A stretch of 64,000 nt of DNA, taken from the NCBI GenBank assembly GCA_049513715.1, contig JBEKVV010000001.1, forward strand, positions 416,001 to 480,000, read 5' to 3'. This document shows positions 28,918 to 38,345 of the stretch, in pieces. Source of the stretch: Candidatus Bathyarchaeia archaeon (GTDB taxonomy: Archaea > Thermoproteota > Bathyarchaeia > 40CM-2-53-6). The position numbers and the translations under genes were made by a program. Every line of letters starts with the position of its first letter. Position 1 is the first letter of the stretch. The notes beneath the pieces were generated by a model. The model saw only the letters and a program-made list of their open reading frames with translations. It was not told the origin of the DNA and made no database searches.

Positions 28918-29589
28918 TTAGACTGCCCCGGTTGGTTTCCTTCTTACTTCGCCCGCTGGCTCGACCTCTTCGAAAATTTCACCTTCGAAGACCTTCACGG
29001 TTGTCCCTTCAAGAAGCCACGAGTCGGGGGGAAGCCCTGCCTTTAGGCAACAGTTAGTCAAGAACTCTGAGGCGTCCCAGTTCCATTCAGTCGCCACTTG
29101 GGGTAGCAGGAGCCCGGATTGGCCATGTGCCTCTACAATCAGGCCATGATGTCCCACTTTGATTTGACTAGGGAGTGCCTTTCGGTTGTTTGTATGTAAA
29201 GGCTGAGGTGGGGTAAGTACGGTTACTTCCACTATGATAGACTTCAGCTCTTCTAGCGAGACGGGGTTGAAGCGGGGGTCTTCTGTCGCGGCGTATATGG
29301 CCGCCTTAATTGTGCCATCCGCTAGGGGTTGGTCTGGGTAAGGGAAACCTATGCACCCACGCAGCTTATGGGTGGGTTTCACAGTGTTCAGAGTGACAAA
29401 TACGCCTGCGCTCCTGCTGAGTGCGTCAGAGGGGCCTTGGGGCTTGATTATTTCATGTCGCTCAAGATAGTCAGTGACCGCTTGGCGTGCTAGGTGGACG
29501 AGGCTTCTTCCCTCTTCTAAGGTTAGATAATGGTCTGTCTTTCTCTCGAGAGTTTTTCTCGTTATCAAGCATATTCCTCGCGTCTGCAA
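28918..29589 (-). CDS. amrA: AMMECR1-family protein (AmmeMemoRadiSam protein A)
   Basis: GVFVTL, LRGCIGFP, AATEDPRF, GLLLPQVA, CLKAGL. Start uncertain (TTG 29589 or 29568). Confidence 0.9.
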   Translation of the reverse strand: MQTRGICLITRKTLERKTDHYLTLEEGRSLVHLARQAVTDYLERHEIIKPQGPSDALSRSAGVFVTLNTVKPTHKLRGCIGFPYPDQPLADGTIKAAIYAATEDPRFNPVSLEELKSIIVEVTVLTPPQPLHTNNRKALPSQIKVGHHGLIVEAHGQSGLLLPQVATEWNWDASEFLTNCCLKAGLPPDSWLLEGTTVKVFEGEIFEEVEPAGEVRRKPTGAV

Positions 29590-30016
29590 GAGTCTGTTCT
29601 ATCTTTTTCCAGTGGCTTCCCTGCCAGTACACCTTGGCGCACTCTGGATTAGTGCAAACCCAGAAACTTTGATAGACTTTAAAAGTTGCTGGCGGAACTA
29701 AGCCCTCAACTTGATCCTTTGGCGTCTCTATTATCGCCCAACCGCAGATAGGACACCTAGAATTTGTTGTGTCAATTTGAAGGTTAAGCTTGTAACGTGC
29801 GGCCACTTCCGCGAGCCGCTCACTCTCACTTTTCCCCTGCACCAAGAACGATTCGATGCTACGCGAGGTCGCGGTGCGGTAGAGTTCTTCGTCAGAAGTC
29901 AGAAGAATCAATGAATCATGCTTCGCCAACGCAAGCAAGTCATGGTCCTCAGTATCGTTCAAGTATGTGGCTTCGTACCCAATCATCCGAAGCCATCTCG
30001 TGAGTTTTCCCAGCAT
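29471..30016 (-). CDS. Mut7-C RNase (PIN domain + zinc ribbon) protein
   Basis: MLGKLTRWLRMIGYE, LLTSDEEL, SRCPICG, CTNPECAKVYWQGSHW. Homology extends upstream of the ATG (see findings). Confidence 0.88.
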   Translation of the reverse strand: MLGKLTRWLRMIGYEATYLNDTEDHDLLALAKHDSLILLTSDEELYRTATSRSIESFLVQGKSESERLAEVAARYKLNLQIDTTNSRCPICGWAIIETPKDQVEGLVPPATFKVYQSFWVCTNPECAKVYWQGSHWKKIEQTLADARNMLDNEKNSREKDRPLSNLRRGKKPRPPSTPSGH

Positions 30017-30021
30017 ACCAT

Positions 30022-31362
30022 CTAACAGGAAATGGAAAACCCATCACCCCTAATAACCGACCCGGCTGCAGGGCCGACTATCCTCCCCCTTTCGGCGACA
30101 AGTGTTCCGCCTACAATGGTGAAGGCGGCCCTACCGACGCACTCCACTCCCTTGAAGGGAGAGAATTTTGCCTTGCTCAGGAAATTCTCAGGCTTCACCC
30201 GAAACCTATCCTTCGGATCAACAAGAACTATGTCAGCATCGAAGCCTTCCGTCAAAGCGCCTTTTCCTTTCAAGCGAAAGATTTTCGAGGGGAGTGCCGC
30301 TGTTGCCTCAACGAGACGTTTCAAGGAAAGTCTTCTTTTCGTAACCTGAGTGAAGAGTACCGGGAGTGAAGTTTCCAGCCCAGGAACGCCCGTAGCTGCA
30401 TCCCAAGCGTTCGCTTTCGTTTTTTCGTCGAGTGTATGGGGCGCATGGTCGCTTGCTAGGATATTCACCTGGCCACCGGCAAATAGCCGCCATAGTTCGC
30501 GCCTGTTTTTTTCGCTTCTAATCGGTGGAACGCACATCGGAAGCGTTTTGAGTTTTCTAAAAACTGATTGGTTCAACAAGAGATGGTGCGCAGCAGCCTC
30601 GCATGTTGCGTTGGGGGTTCGAAGGATCCTCTTGACCGCATTCCGCACCGTAATGTGACAGAAATGGACACGTGGCAACTCACCCCTTCTCAGGCCAACA
30701 ATTCTCCGAACCGCTGCCAATTCAAACCTGGGATCATGAGCCTTCAGGAAATCTCGCACCGTTGTTCTACCTTCAGAAACTAATTCCTGCTGAACTCTAC
30801 GAATGCTGTCACACTCCTCCGCATGAACTGTGACCAAGACGTTGGATCGCCTCGCGCTTTGTAGGGCCTCCTGCAGGCTAGCCTGATTGCCTGAGTCGAA
30901 GGTTTCCAAAGCTTTGTTCATGTATAGTTTGAACGCGATTGCACCGGCCCTTTTCATTCGTTCGATTTCCACGAGGTCCGCTACTAAAGCGCATTGAAAG
31001 GCAACATTCGCGAACAGCCGACCTTCTGCCACGGATATTTTCTCTGTAAGTCTTTGGCTAGTAACTGTGGGAGGGCGTGTGTTCGGCATGTCGATTACAG
31101 TGGTGAATCCGCCAGCAGCAGCTGCCTGAGTCCCCGTTTCGAATGTTTCTTTGTAGGATAATTCCAAGTCGCGGAGGTGTACGTGGGCGTCAATCATGCC
31201 CGGAAGGGCGATTAACTTGCGGCCGTCAATCGTGAGGTCGGCTCTTTGTGTCGGGCGAAGTTTGGAGATCCGTTTTATCACGCCATCCTCTGTGAGAATG
31301 TGCGCGGTGGTCATTTCGTCGTTGATTTGAATTTTCGGGGATTCGATTAGGATTGATGGCAA
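30022..31362 (-). CDS. pyrC: Dihydroorotase
   Basis: PGMIDAHVHLRD, AAAGGFTTVIDMPNT, HAE, CHIT, ASDHAPH, GFDADIV. Confidence 0.9.
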   Translation of the reverse strand: MPSILIESPKIQINDEMTTAHILTEDGVIKRISKLRPTQRADLTIDGRKLIALPGMIDAHVHLRDLELSYKETFETGTQAAAAGGFTTVIDMPNTRPPTVTSQRLTEKISVAEGRLFANVAFQCALVADLVEIERMKRAGAIAFKLYMNKALETFDSGNQASLQEALQSARRSNVLVTVHAEECDSIRRVQQELVSEGRTTVRDFLKAHDPRFELAAVRRIVGLRRGELPRVHFCHITVRNAVKRILRTPNATCEAAAHHLLLNQSVFRKLKTLPMCVPPIRSEKNRRELWRLFAGGQVNILASDHAPHTLDEKTKANAWDAATGVPGLETSLPVLFTQVTKRRLSLKRLVEATAALPSKIFRLKGKGALTEGFDADIVLVDPKDRFRVKPENFLSKAKFSPFKGVECVGRAAFTIVGGTLVAERGRIVGPAAGSVIRGDGFSISC

Positions 31363-31420
31363 GTAATTGCTGGCACCGACTGCGGGCGAATTATAGTCGC
31401 CAGCAGTTTAAGGCAGCTGT

Positions 31421-31999
31421 TTACTCTTCTTCGTCGGGTTCCGGCAAGTCGGCTAGGCAATCTTCGCAGAGGAACTGCCCGTCTTGGGATTTGAGTTCGT
31501 CTGCCCACGAGCCGCAACGGTCACAATAGCCCGAGAGCGGAGCGCCCTCCTTGACTCGAGTAACGGGTTCAATTTGCGATTTCTCGGTGATGACATCGAT
31601 CAGAGCGGGCGTAATGTCTACGATGTCATTGCTTGTGATGATGCCCATCAGTTTGTTGCCTTGCAAGACAATTAGGCGTCTGATCTTGAGCTCTCGCATC
31701 TTCTTCGCTGCGTCGGTCACACTTGCCGATGATTCAACTGTGGCCGGCGGTTTTGTCATTGACTTCCCAGCTTGAACTTTGCTGGGCAACATGTCGAGTG
31801 CGGAAACCCTTCGCACAATATCCCTTTCGGTGATAATCCCACGAGGGTTGCCGGTCTTATCGACTACAACTACGCAGCCGATTTCATTCTTCTTCATCAG
31901 CTTGGCGGCCGCAAGCACCGTATCCGTATCTTTGATTGTGACGACGGGGCTTGACATCACGTCATCTACTTTAACGTCGGGCGTGCTCGTCTTCGGCAA
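31421..31999 (-). CDS. CBS-pair protein with C-terminal zinc ribbon
   Basis: Two CBS repeats (GIITERDI, GIITSNDI) plus CDRCG...LCEDC. Confidence 0.88.
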   Translation of the reverse strand: MPKTSTPDVKVDDVMSSPVVTIKDTDTVLAAAKLMKKNEIGCVVVVDKTGNPRGIITERDIVRRVSALDMLPSKVQAGKSMTKPPATVESSASVTDAAKKMRELKIRRLIVLQGNKLMGIITSNDIVDITPALIDVITEKSQIEPVTRVKEGAPLSGYCDRCGSWADELKSQDGQFLCEDCLADLPEPDEEE

Positions 32000-32114
32000 A
32001 TATCATCCCGATTGGTCTTCCATTTTGGCCTTAAGGGCTTTGCGGGGTGATACCTCAGAGGGTGAGATCATAGTGGGGTGGTGGTAGGCAAGGTATTATT
32101 TAGCAACATGCGGT

Positions 32115-32486
32115 ATGGTGCGCCGAAACACAAACCGAGTAACGTGGAACCACATGAGTAGTTCACAACAGCAAAATCAAAGTCAACCGAGAATTAAGCC
32201 CAGCTCAAAAGTTTATTGGCTCAGATTCTTCCTTGCATTGGTGGCTGGGTTCACTACCCATTATCTCCACATAGGCGCAGCGACTTTAGGCGAATTCGCA
32301 ATCTTCGTAGCTATTGGGCTTGGGCTGGTCTTTTACTTGTTTTCGGTCCTCATAGTGAAGGACATCCTCCATTATGGGGAGGCTGAGCTGAAAGGCAAGA
32401 ACAGGTACCTAACACTAGGCGGAGGCACTTATGTCGTCTTATGGATCATGCTGATTGTGCTTCTGAACACCCTATATCCTAGCTAG
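32115..32486 (+). CDS. Three-TM membrane protein, EMC6/Rab5ip-like
   Basis: YWLRFFLALVAG...GLVFYL...TYVVLWIMLIVLLNTL pattern. Start may be ATG 32154. Confidence 0.55.
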   Translation: MVRRNTNRVTWNHMSSSQQQNQSQPRIKPSSKVYWLRFFLALVAGFTTHYLHIGAATLGEFAIFVAIGLGLVFYLFSVLIVKDILHYGEAELKGKNRYLTLGGGTYVVLWIMLIVLLNTLYPS

Positions 32487-32821
32487 CGCTCGCGTTTCAC
32501 TGCGACGTCCACTTTCTGCTGGGGAAGATTCGAGCGTTCGAGCTTCCGCATGTAGGTCTCCAGCGCCAGGAAAAATCCACGGTCATAATCAGCGTGCAAT
32601 ACGTTCGTTCCTTGCTCTGCAAACTCCCTGCGTAGCGTTCTTAGTTTCGTTGGCGTTTTGTCGATCTTGGACAGGTAGAGGTATCTATCATCCGTTGACT
32701 TCGCAGTCAGGATTAGGCCCTCCAACGCCTTCAGGTAACCTTTTGCAGTTTCAGTAGCTGGAATCGTAGTCCTGATAGCGTCCAGCTCTTTTTCCGCGTC
32801 AGAGATTCGTCTTTCAATCAC
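32483..32821 (-). CDS. Hypothetical protein
   Basis: 112-aa helical ORF downstream of and co-oriented with radA. Confidence 0.6.
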   Translation of the reverse strand: MIERRISDAEKELDAIRTTIPATETAKGYLKALEGLILTAKSTDDRYLYLSKIDKTPTKLRTLRREFAEQGTNVLHADYDRGFFLALETYMRKLERSNLPQQKVDVAVKRER

Positions 32822-32888
32822 GGCCTGGTAGAACTTTTCCGCGTCGATTTGTGGGTCAGGTTGTTTGACCGTGCCGGGGTTGTGGGTC

Positions 32889-34040
32889 TTAGCGGCGGCG
32901 CTTGACTTCGTCTTCTTCTGTGATATCTTTGATACCTTCCTCAGTTATTTTGAAGATTCGTTCGCCCTCGGGCAAGTAGGGGCTTGAAATGAGTCTGCAG
33001 ATCCTAACGGGGCCGCTCGCCGTGCGTCTCAGGAAAATCCGTGTGTGGCTGGTGTGGGATACTATGTGTCCTCCGACGGGTTCCACAGCCATCGCGAAGA
33101 ATTGGTCTGGTCTCGACATGACTTGGTTTGTGACGACTGCACACGCATTGAACGCGCGTGAAAGCCTAACTAGGCGGTGAAGGTGGCTGTTGAGTTTCTG
33201 CTGTCTTTCAGCCAACATTTCTCGGCCCAAGTATTCGCTCCTGAAGTGTGCGGTCAAGGAGTCAACTATTATGAGTTTCACTTTGTTCTCCTGGATGATC
33301 TTATCTGCTTTTTCGAGCAGGAGAATTTGGTGGTCGGAGGTGAACGCCTCGGAATAAATGATCTTCTTCGCTATCTCAGCCGGGTCCAAGCCCATCGCAT
33401 TGGACATTCTCACGATCCATTCGGGCCGGAACGTGTTCTCGGTATCGATGTAGAGCGCGGCGCCGTTTAGGCCTCCTTTATCCTCGGGCAGTTGAACATT
33501 GACCGCGAGCTGGTGGCAGAGAATACTCTTGCCAACCCCGTACTCCCCATAGAATTCCGTTATCGTCTGAGTTTCGAGGCCCCCGCCCAACAATTCGTCA
33601 AGTTGCTTGCTCGCTGTGGAGAGGCGTTTGACATTCTGCCGCATCTTGATGAGTTCGTCAGCGGTGATGAAGGTGAGGGCTAAACCGTTTCTTGCTGCAG
33701 CAATTACCTTGGCAGCCTGTTTCTCACCCACACCGGCTGTTGTCAGTTCCTTAATGGTCGCTGTGGCTAACGATTCGACGGTGTGAAACCCCATCTCTTG
33801 GAGTTTCTCAGCGGTAGCTGGACCTACGCCAGGTATATCCTCAATGAACTCGTACCTTTTCTGTTCCTCTTCAGGGGCTGCTTCATCTTCCTCTTTGCTC
33901 TCCGTGGTCTCCTCTGTTGCCTTAGCTTTCCGTTTCTTTTCTTCCTTTGCTGGTTTCGTTTCCTTCGCTGGTTCTGTAGAGGGTTCTTCTTCTGCTGTTG
34001 TTTCTTCTTCCAAGATTTGTGTCGCTGCCAAGGTTAACAC
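32889..34040 (-). CDS. radA: DNA repair and recombination protein RadA
   Basis: HhH IEDIPGVGPATAEKL, Walker A GEYGVGKS, YIDTENTFRPE, LIIVDSLTAHFRSEY, VVTNQV. Confidence 0.96.
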   Translation of the reverse strand: MLTLAATQILEEETTAEEEPSTEPAKETKPAKEEKKRKAKATEETTESKEEDEAAPEEEQKRYEFIEDIPGVGPATAEKLQEMGFHTVESLATATIKELTTAGVGEKQAAKVIAAARNGLALTFITADELIKMRQNVKRLSTASKQLDELLGGGLETQTITEFYGEYGVGKSILCHQLAVNVQLPEDKGGLNGAALYIDTENTFRPEWIVRMSNAMGLDPAEIAKKIIYSEAFTSDHQILLLEKADKIIQENKVKLIIVDSLTAHFRSEYLGREMLAERQQKLNSHLHRLVRLSRAFNACAVVTNQVMSRPDQFFAMAVEPVGGHIVSHTSHTRIFLRRTASGPVRICRLISSPYLPEGERIFKITEEGIKDITEEDEVKRRR

Positions 34041-34159
34041 TCTGCTTATTTCAATATTAGCTACATTTGTTACTGGTGCTGCGCGATATAACGGAGAGAG
34101 CTGGATGAAAGTACGACCAATGCAAGTTAGATTCCTGTTGCATTCTAAGGAGAAGGGCC

Positions 34160-34933
34160 ATGACTCTTTCGGTGAAGGTTAGTCCGTCGGTCCCCGAGGC
34201 TGCTGAACTCCTCGAGAAAGCCTTCAGGGCAAGGAACTTCGTGTTGGTTGCAGGAGACTGTAGGGTCGACTATGAGGGTAGAGCGTCATCAGTTCTTGAG
34301 TGGGGAGAGCGAATTACCATAGTGAAGCAAGATGGATCGGTACTGGTTCATAGGCCGGTTGGTTACGAGCCTGTGAACTGGCAGCCTACAGGATGCTTGG
34401 TCAAGGCCTGGGTTGACGATTCAGGTTGCCTTGTTGTCAGCGCGTCCAGGTCGCAACCAAGGGAGAACGTTTCGATAGAATTTCGCGAGGTCTCTCTTAC
34501 GATAACCGGGACAATGAAGGATTCCGGAGAGTTCGCACTTCATGTTACCGAGGAGCAGATGAAGCAGGCAATCTTGACGGCTCCCAACCTCGTGGAGGAA
34601 GGTCTGAAACCACTCCAAGAAGAGAAGAGCCTAGGGGAAGCTGGCTTCACAGACATATTCGCGGAGGACAATCACGGTCATCTCGTTGTCATAGAAATCA
34701 AGCGCCATGCAGCGACCAAAGACGCGGTAAAGCAGCTGCAGCGGTACTTGGACACTTTGAGGAAACGCGTCCCCAGAAACATTCGGGGGATCATAGTTGC
34801 ACCCGAGCTGAGCAAGAGCGCGCAGCCATTGTTGGAGAGCTTAGAGCTGGAATTCGTCAGGCTTGCCCCCGAAAAGTGCTTTAGTGTTCTGAAGAGCCGA
34901 AAAGACATGAAACTCAGCCATTTTCTTGCATGA
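34160..34933 (+). CDS. nucS: Endonuclease NucS/EndoMS
   Basis: CRVDYEGRASS, VKQDGSVLVH, PVNWQP, DIFAED, VIEIKR, AVKQLQRY. Confidence 0.93.
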   Translation: MTLSVKVSPSVPEAAELLEKAFRARNFVLVAGDCRVDYEGRASSVLEWGERITIVKQDGSVLVHRPVGYEPVNWQPTGCLVKAWVDDSGCLVVSASRSQPRENVSIEFREVSLTITGTMKDSGEFALHVTEEQMKQAILTAPNLVEEGLKPLQEEKSLGEAGFTDIFAEDNHGHLVVIEIKRHAATKDAVKQLQRYLDTLRKRVPRNIRGIIVAPELSKSAQPLLESLELEFVRLAPEKCFSVLKSRKDMKLSHFLA

Positions 34934-34997
34934 AAGCCGCCGAATGGCAAGGGCGCAAGTTTATTTACCGTAAAGAGGAACGTTCCGCAATAATCCA

Positions 34998-35252
34998 GTG
35001 ATTTGCTTGGAGCCTTCCAGAAAGCCACTCAACCTGCTGGTCAAGAAACTGAATGCCGAAGTCGTCATCCGCCTCAAGAACGACGTCGAGTACCGCGGAC
35101 ACATGATCGACGCCGACAGCCACATGAACATCATCCTTGAGGGGGCCACAGAATACAGAGGTAACTCTCCAACGGCGAACTATGGCAACGTAATTCTTCG
35201 TGGCAGCAATATTCTGTACATTTCTGTTGAATCGGGCAAGCAACAAGCATAA
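34998..35252 (+). CDS. Sm-like (Lsm/SmAP) protein
   Basis: VVIRLKNDVEYRG, DSHMNIILE, YGNVILRGSNILYI. Confidence 0.92.
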   Translation: MICLEPSRKPLNLLVKKLNAEVVIRLKNDVEYRGHMIDADSHMNIILEGATEYRGNSPTANYGNVILRGSNILYISVESGKQQA

Positions 35253-35316
35253 GACACGCCAGCGCCCTTTTTCCTCACTCAGAGTACGGCTACTAGTACC
35301 GCTGAAGTGAGCAATA

Positions 35317-36915
35317 TTGGGTGCGCAACTTGAGGCTGAGCTAGATACGTCGTTGCTCTCTGAGCTCGCTTCTCGAATTATCGAGACTAAGCCAGTAGAT
35401 GCCGACAGCCTCAATCGCATGAAACTTGAATTCTGCAAAGAGCACCACCTACGCTGGATGCCTCGCAACTCGGATATCCTGAATGTCCTCGCTCCCGAAG
35501 TGAGGGAGAAGCTGGCACCTAGACTTCGAATCAAGAAAGTGCGAAGCATCTCAGGAGTGAACGTGATTGGGGTCATGAGTTCTCCCCGCGGGTGCCCACA
35601 TGGCCGCTGCGTCTTTTGCCCCGTGGAGAAAGGGTTCCCGATGAGCTACACCTCAGGGGAGCCCGCCGCGATGAGGGGCCTGCAGTCTGGATATGACCCG
35701 TTCAAACAAATCACCAGCAGAATCCACCAGCTGAAAGCGATCGGACACGAGCCATCAAAACTCGAGCTCGTAATTCAAGGAGGAACATTTCTGGCAGCCC
35801 CTCTGGAGTATCAGGAGCATTTCGTGAAACGGTGCTTGGACGCGATCAATGCTGTTGATGCACCGACACTGGACGCTGCGAAAGTCATGGCGGAGTCAAG
35901 CGAAATGCGAAATGTGGGGTTGACCATCGAGACAAAGCCAGATTGGTGCAAACAGCCGCATGTAGACCAAATGCTGCGACTTGGGGCAACACGAGTTGAG
36001 ATCGGCGTTCAGATAATCGACGACGCGATCTACGCTCTTACAAACCGGGGGCACACAGTTCAGGATGTTGTTGAGGCCTTTCAAATTAGTCGAGACGCAG
36101 GATTCAAGATCGTTGCACACATGATGCCCGGCCTTCCGGGTTCAAGCTTCGAAAAGGATCTCGAATCCTTCAGAATTCTCTTCCAAGATCCTCGGTTCTG
36201 CCCTGATATGCTGAAGATTTACCCCTGCCTCGTCATGGAGGGCACCGAGCTGTATCAATCGTGGAAAAACGGCCAGTACCAGGCATTCGAGACTGAACAG
36301 GCAGTGGAGCTGGTTGCCCAAGTTAAAGAAACGATTCCGCCTTGGGTCAGAATAATGCGGGTCCACCGAGAATTTCCAGTCAAACTCATCATTGCAGGCG
36401 TCAAGAGCGGGAACCTGAGAGAACTTGCCCTACGGAGACTCGTGGAAAGTGGGAAAAAATGCAGATGCATTCGATGCCGTGAGGTCGGCCACCGTACGCT
36501 AAAAGAAGAGACTCCAGTAGACCCCGACAAGGTTAGGATGGGTCGCCAAGAGTACGACTCGGGTGAAGGAAGGGAGATTTTCATGTCGCTCGAGGAACCT
36601 GAAGCGGACGCTTTGATAGCGTATCTGAGGTTGAGGATGCCTTCGTCAAAGGCCCACAGGCCTGAGGTCGATCGCTCTACGGCTATGATTAGGGAATTGC
36701 ATGTTTACGGTACCGAGGTTCCTGTCGGGCAAAGGTATGAAGGTGCATGGCAGCACGCGGGCTACGGAAGGCAGCTACTTCGGGAGGCTGAGATGATCGC
36801 GCGGCAGAAGGGCGCAGGTAGGATCTTGGTGATTAGTGCGCTTGGAACGAAAGAATACTACAAGCGGGTTGGGTACGACCACGTCGGCCCATACATGGGA
36901 AAGACGCTAAACTAA
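35317..36915 (+). CDS. elp3: Elp3 tRNA U34 modification enzyme (radical SAM + acetyltransferase)
   Basis: CPHGRCVFCP, SYTSGEPA, ETKPDW, HMMPGLPG, LKIYP, RELHVYG, WQHAGYG. Confidence 0.95.
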   Translation: MGAQLEAELDTSLLSELASRIIETKPVDADSLNRMKLEFCKEHHLRWMPRNSDILNVLAPEVREKLAPRLRIKKVRSISGVNVIGVMSSPRGCPHGRCVFCPVEKGFPMSYTSGEPAAMRGLQSGYDPFKQITSRIHQLKAIGHEPSKLELVIQGGTFLAAPLEYQEHFVKRCLDAINAVDAPTLDAAKVMAESSEMRNVGLTIETKPDWCKQPHVDQMLRLGATRVEIGVQIIDDAIYALTNRGHTVQDVVEAFQISRDAGFKIVAHMMPGLPGSSFEKDLESFRILFQDPRFCPDMLKIYPCLVMEGTELYQSWKNGQYQAFETEQAVELVAQVKETIPPWVRIMRVHREFPVKLIIAGVKSGNLRELALRRLVESGKKCRCIRCREVGHRTLKEETPVDPDKVRMGRQEYDSGEGREIFMSLEEPEADALIAYLRLRMPSSKAHRPEVDRSTAMIRELHVYGTEVPVGQRYEGAWQHAGYGRQLLREAEMIARQKGAGRILVISALGTKEYYKRVGYDHVGPYMGKTLN

Positions 36916-36974
36916 CCCTCAGCCGCAAACACAACTAACATCTTAAGGCTCAAGGCAAGTCTCTTCGCAAACCC

Positions 36975-38345
36975 GTGGAGGAGATACTGTTGACGGAAGA
37001 ACCATTATCAGGATATTTCGGGCTCTCCCGCGACATGTTAGCCAAGGCAGGGGCGCAAATCGGAGATCGAATTCTCCTGGACCTAAGGCATGGAACGAGC
37101 GTCGAGACCGTAGAAGGCTTGTTGATGCCACGCATTCAAGCAGAACGCGACGATGACTACGTTGTGGTCAAACTGAAAACTGGGTACAATGTTGGCGTAA
37201 GAATTGACCAATCAGCCAAGATTAGCGTGCTGGGAAAGGGGGCACAACCGCATTTCGCAAGACCGCCTCCCCCTCAACGTACGGCAGGTCTTCCGAAGGT
37301 TTCAATCATAAGCACCGGCGGAACAATCGCAAGTAAGGTAGACTACAGAACTGGGGCCGTGAAGCCAGCCCTCGATGCTGAAGACCTGTACAGCGTTGTC
37401 CCCGAGCTCGCAGAACTCGCCGAAATTGATGCCAAGGTTTTGTTAAGTGTCTTCAGTGAGAACATAGGCCCTCCGCACTGGTCGCAGATCGCGGAATCCG
37501 TGGCGGAACAGATTCGTCATGGTGCAGACGGAGTCATAATTGCCCATGGAACTGATACGATGGGTTATACGGCTGCGGCTTTGAGCTTCGCGCTCAGAGA
37601 GCTACCTGTCCCAGTAGTATTAGTTGGTTCGCAGCGGTCTTCAGACAGGCCCAGCTCAGACGCGGCCACCAACCTGCTCGCCGCAACAGCAGTTGCGGGG
37701 AAAGCACCCTTCGGTGAGGTTGTCGTAGCGATGCACGACTGGATATCTGACGAGATGATATCCATTCACAGGGGAACAAGAGTGCGCAAATGTCACACAA
37801 GCAGGCGCGATGCTTTCAAGAGCGTTAACTCGCAGCCGATGGGGTATTACGATGTTGTGCACCGATCACTCGAGCTAGGTCAAGGCCCTGTTGAACCTCG
37901 CCGCGACAAAGCAAGTTTGAAAGTTCAAGCGCAATTCGACCCGAACGTTGCCCTCATGAAATTCACGCCTGGCATGTCAGTGGGAATGATTGACTGGGCA
38001 ACTGCGACCGGCTACAAGGGGATAGTTCTCGAAGGGTCAGGACTTGGACATGTGGGGAGCGCGCTCTACCCCGCACTGGAGAGAGCGATAAGCGAGGGCG
38101 TTGTGGTCGCCATGTGCTCCCAATGTGTCTGGGGACGCGTTCACATGACCGTGTACTCCACAGGCAGAGACCTCCTCAGGATGGGTGTTATCCCGCTCGG
38201 CGACATGCTCGCGGAAACCGCGCTCGTGAAGATGATGTGGGCTTTCGGGCAGGAAAAGGACCCCGCAAAGGTGAAAGAAACCATGAGCCGCAACATCGCC
38301 AACGAATCATCCGACAGGCGACTCGTCGAGGCGACAGAGGAATGA
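36975..38345 (+). CDS. gatD: Glu-tRNA(Gln) amidotransferase subunit D
   Basis: VKLKTGYNVG, STGGTIASKVDYRTG, HGTDT, GSQRSSDRPSSDA. Confidence 0.96.
   Translation: MEEILLTEEPLSGYFGLSRDMLAKAGAQIGDRILLDLRHGTSVETVEGLLMPRIQAERDDDYVVVKLKTGYNVGVRIDQSAKISVLGKGAQPHFARPPPPQRTAGLPKVSIISTGGTIASKVDYRTGAVKPALDAEDLYSVVPELAELAEIDAKVLLSVFSENIGPPHWSQIAESVAEQIRHGADGVIIAHGTDTMGYTAAALSFALRELPVPVVLVGSQRSSDRPSSDAATNLLAATAVAGKAPFGEVVVAMHDWISDEMISIHRGTRVRKCHTSRRDAFKSVNSQPMGYYDVVHRSLELGQGPVEPRRDKASLKVQAQFDPNVALMKFTPGMSVGMIDWATATGYKGIVLEGSGLGHVGSALYPALERAISEGVVVAMCSQCVWGRVHMTVYSTGRDLLRMGVIPLGDMLAETALVKMMWAFGQEKDPAKVKETMSRNIANESSDRRLVEATEE

Noticed and set aside
38114..38341. N-terminal extensions given by the ORF track for gatE (also rps13, mvk, purA and the surface protein)
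   Set aside because: They overlap upstream genes or promoters. Homology and RBS position support later starts.
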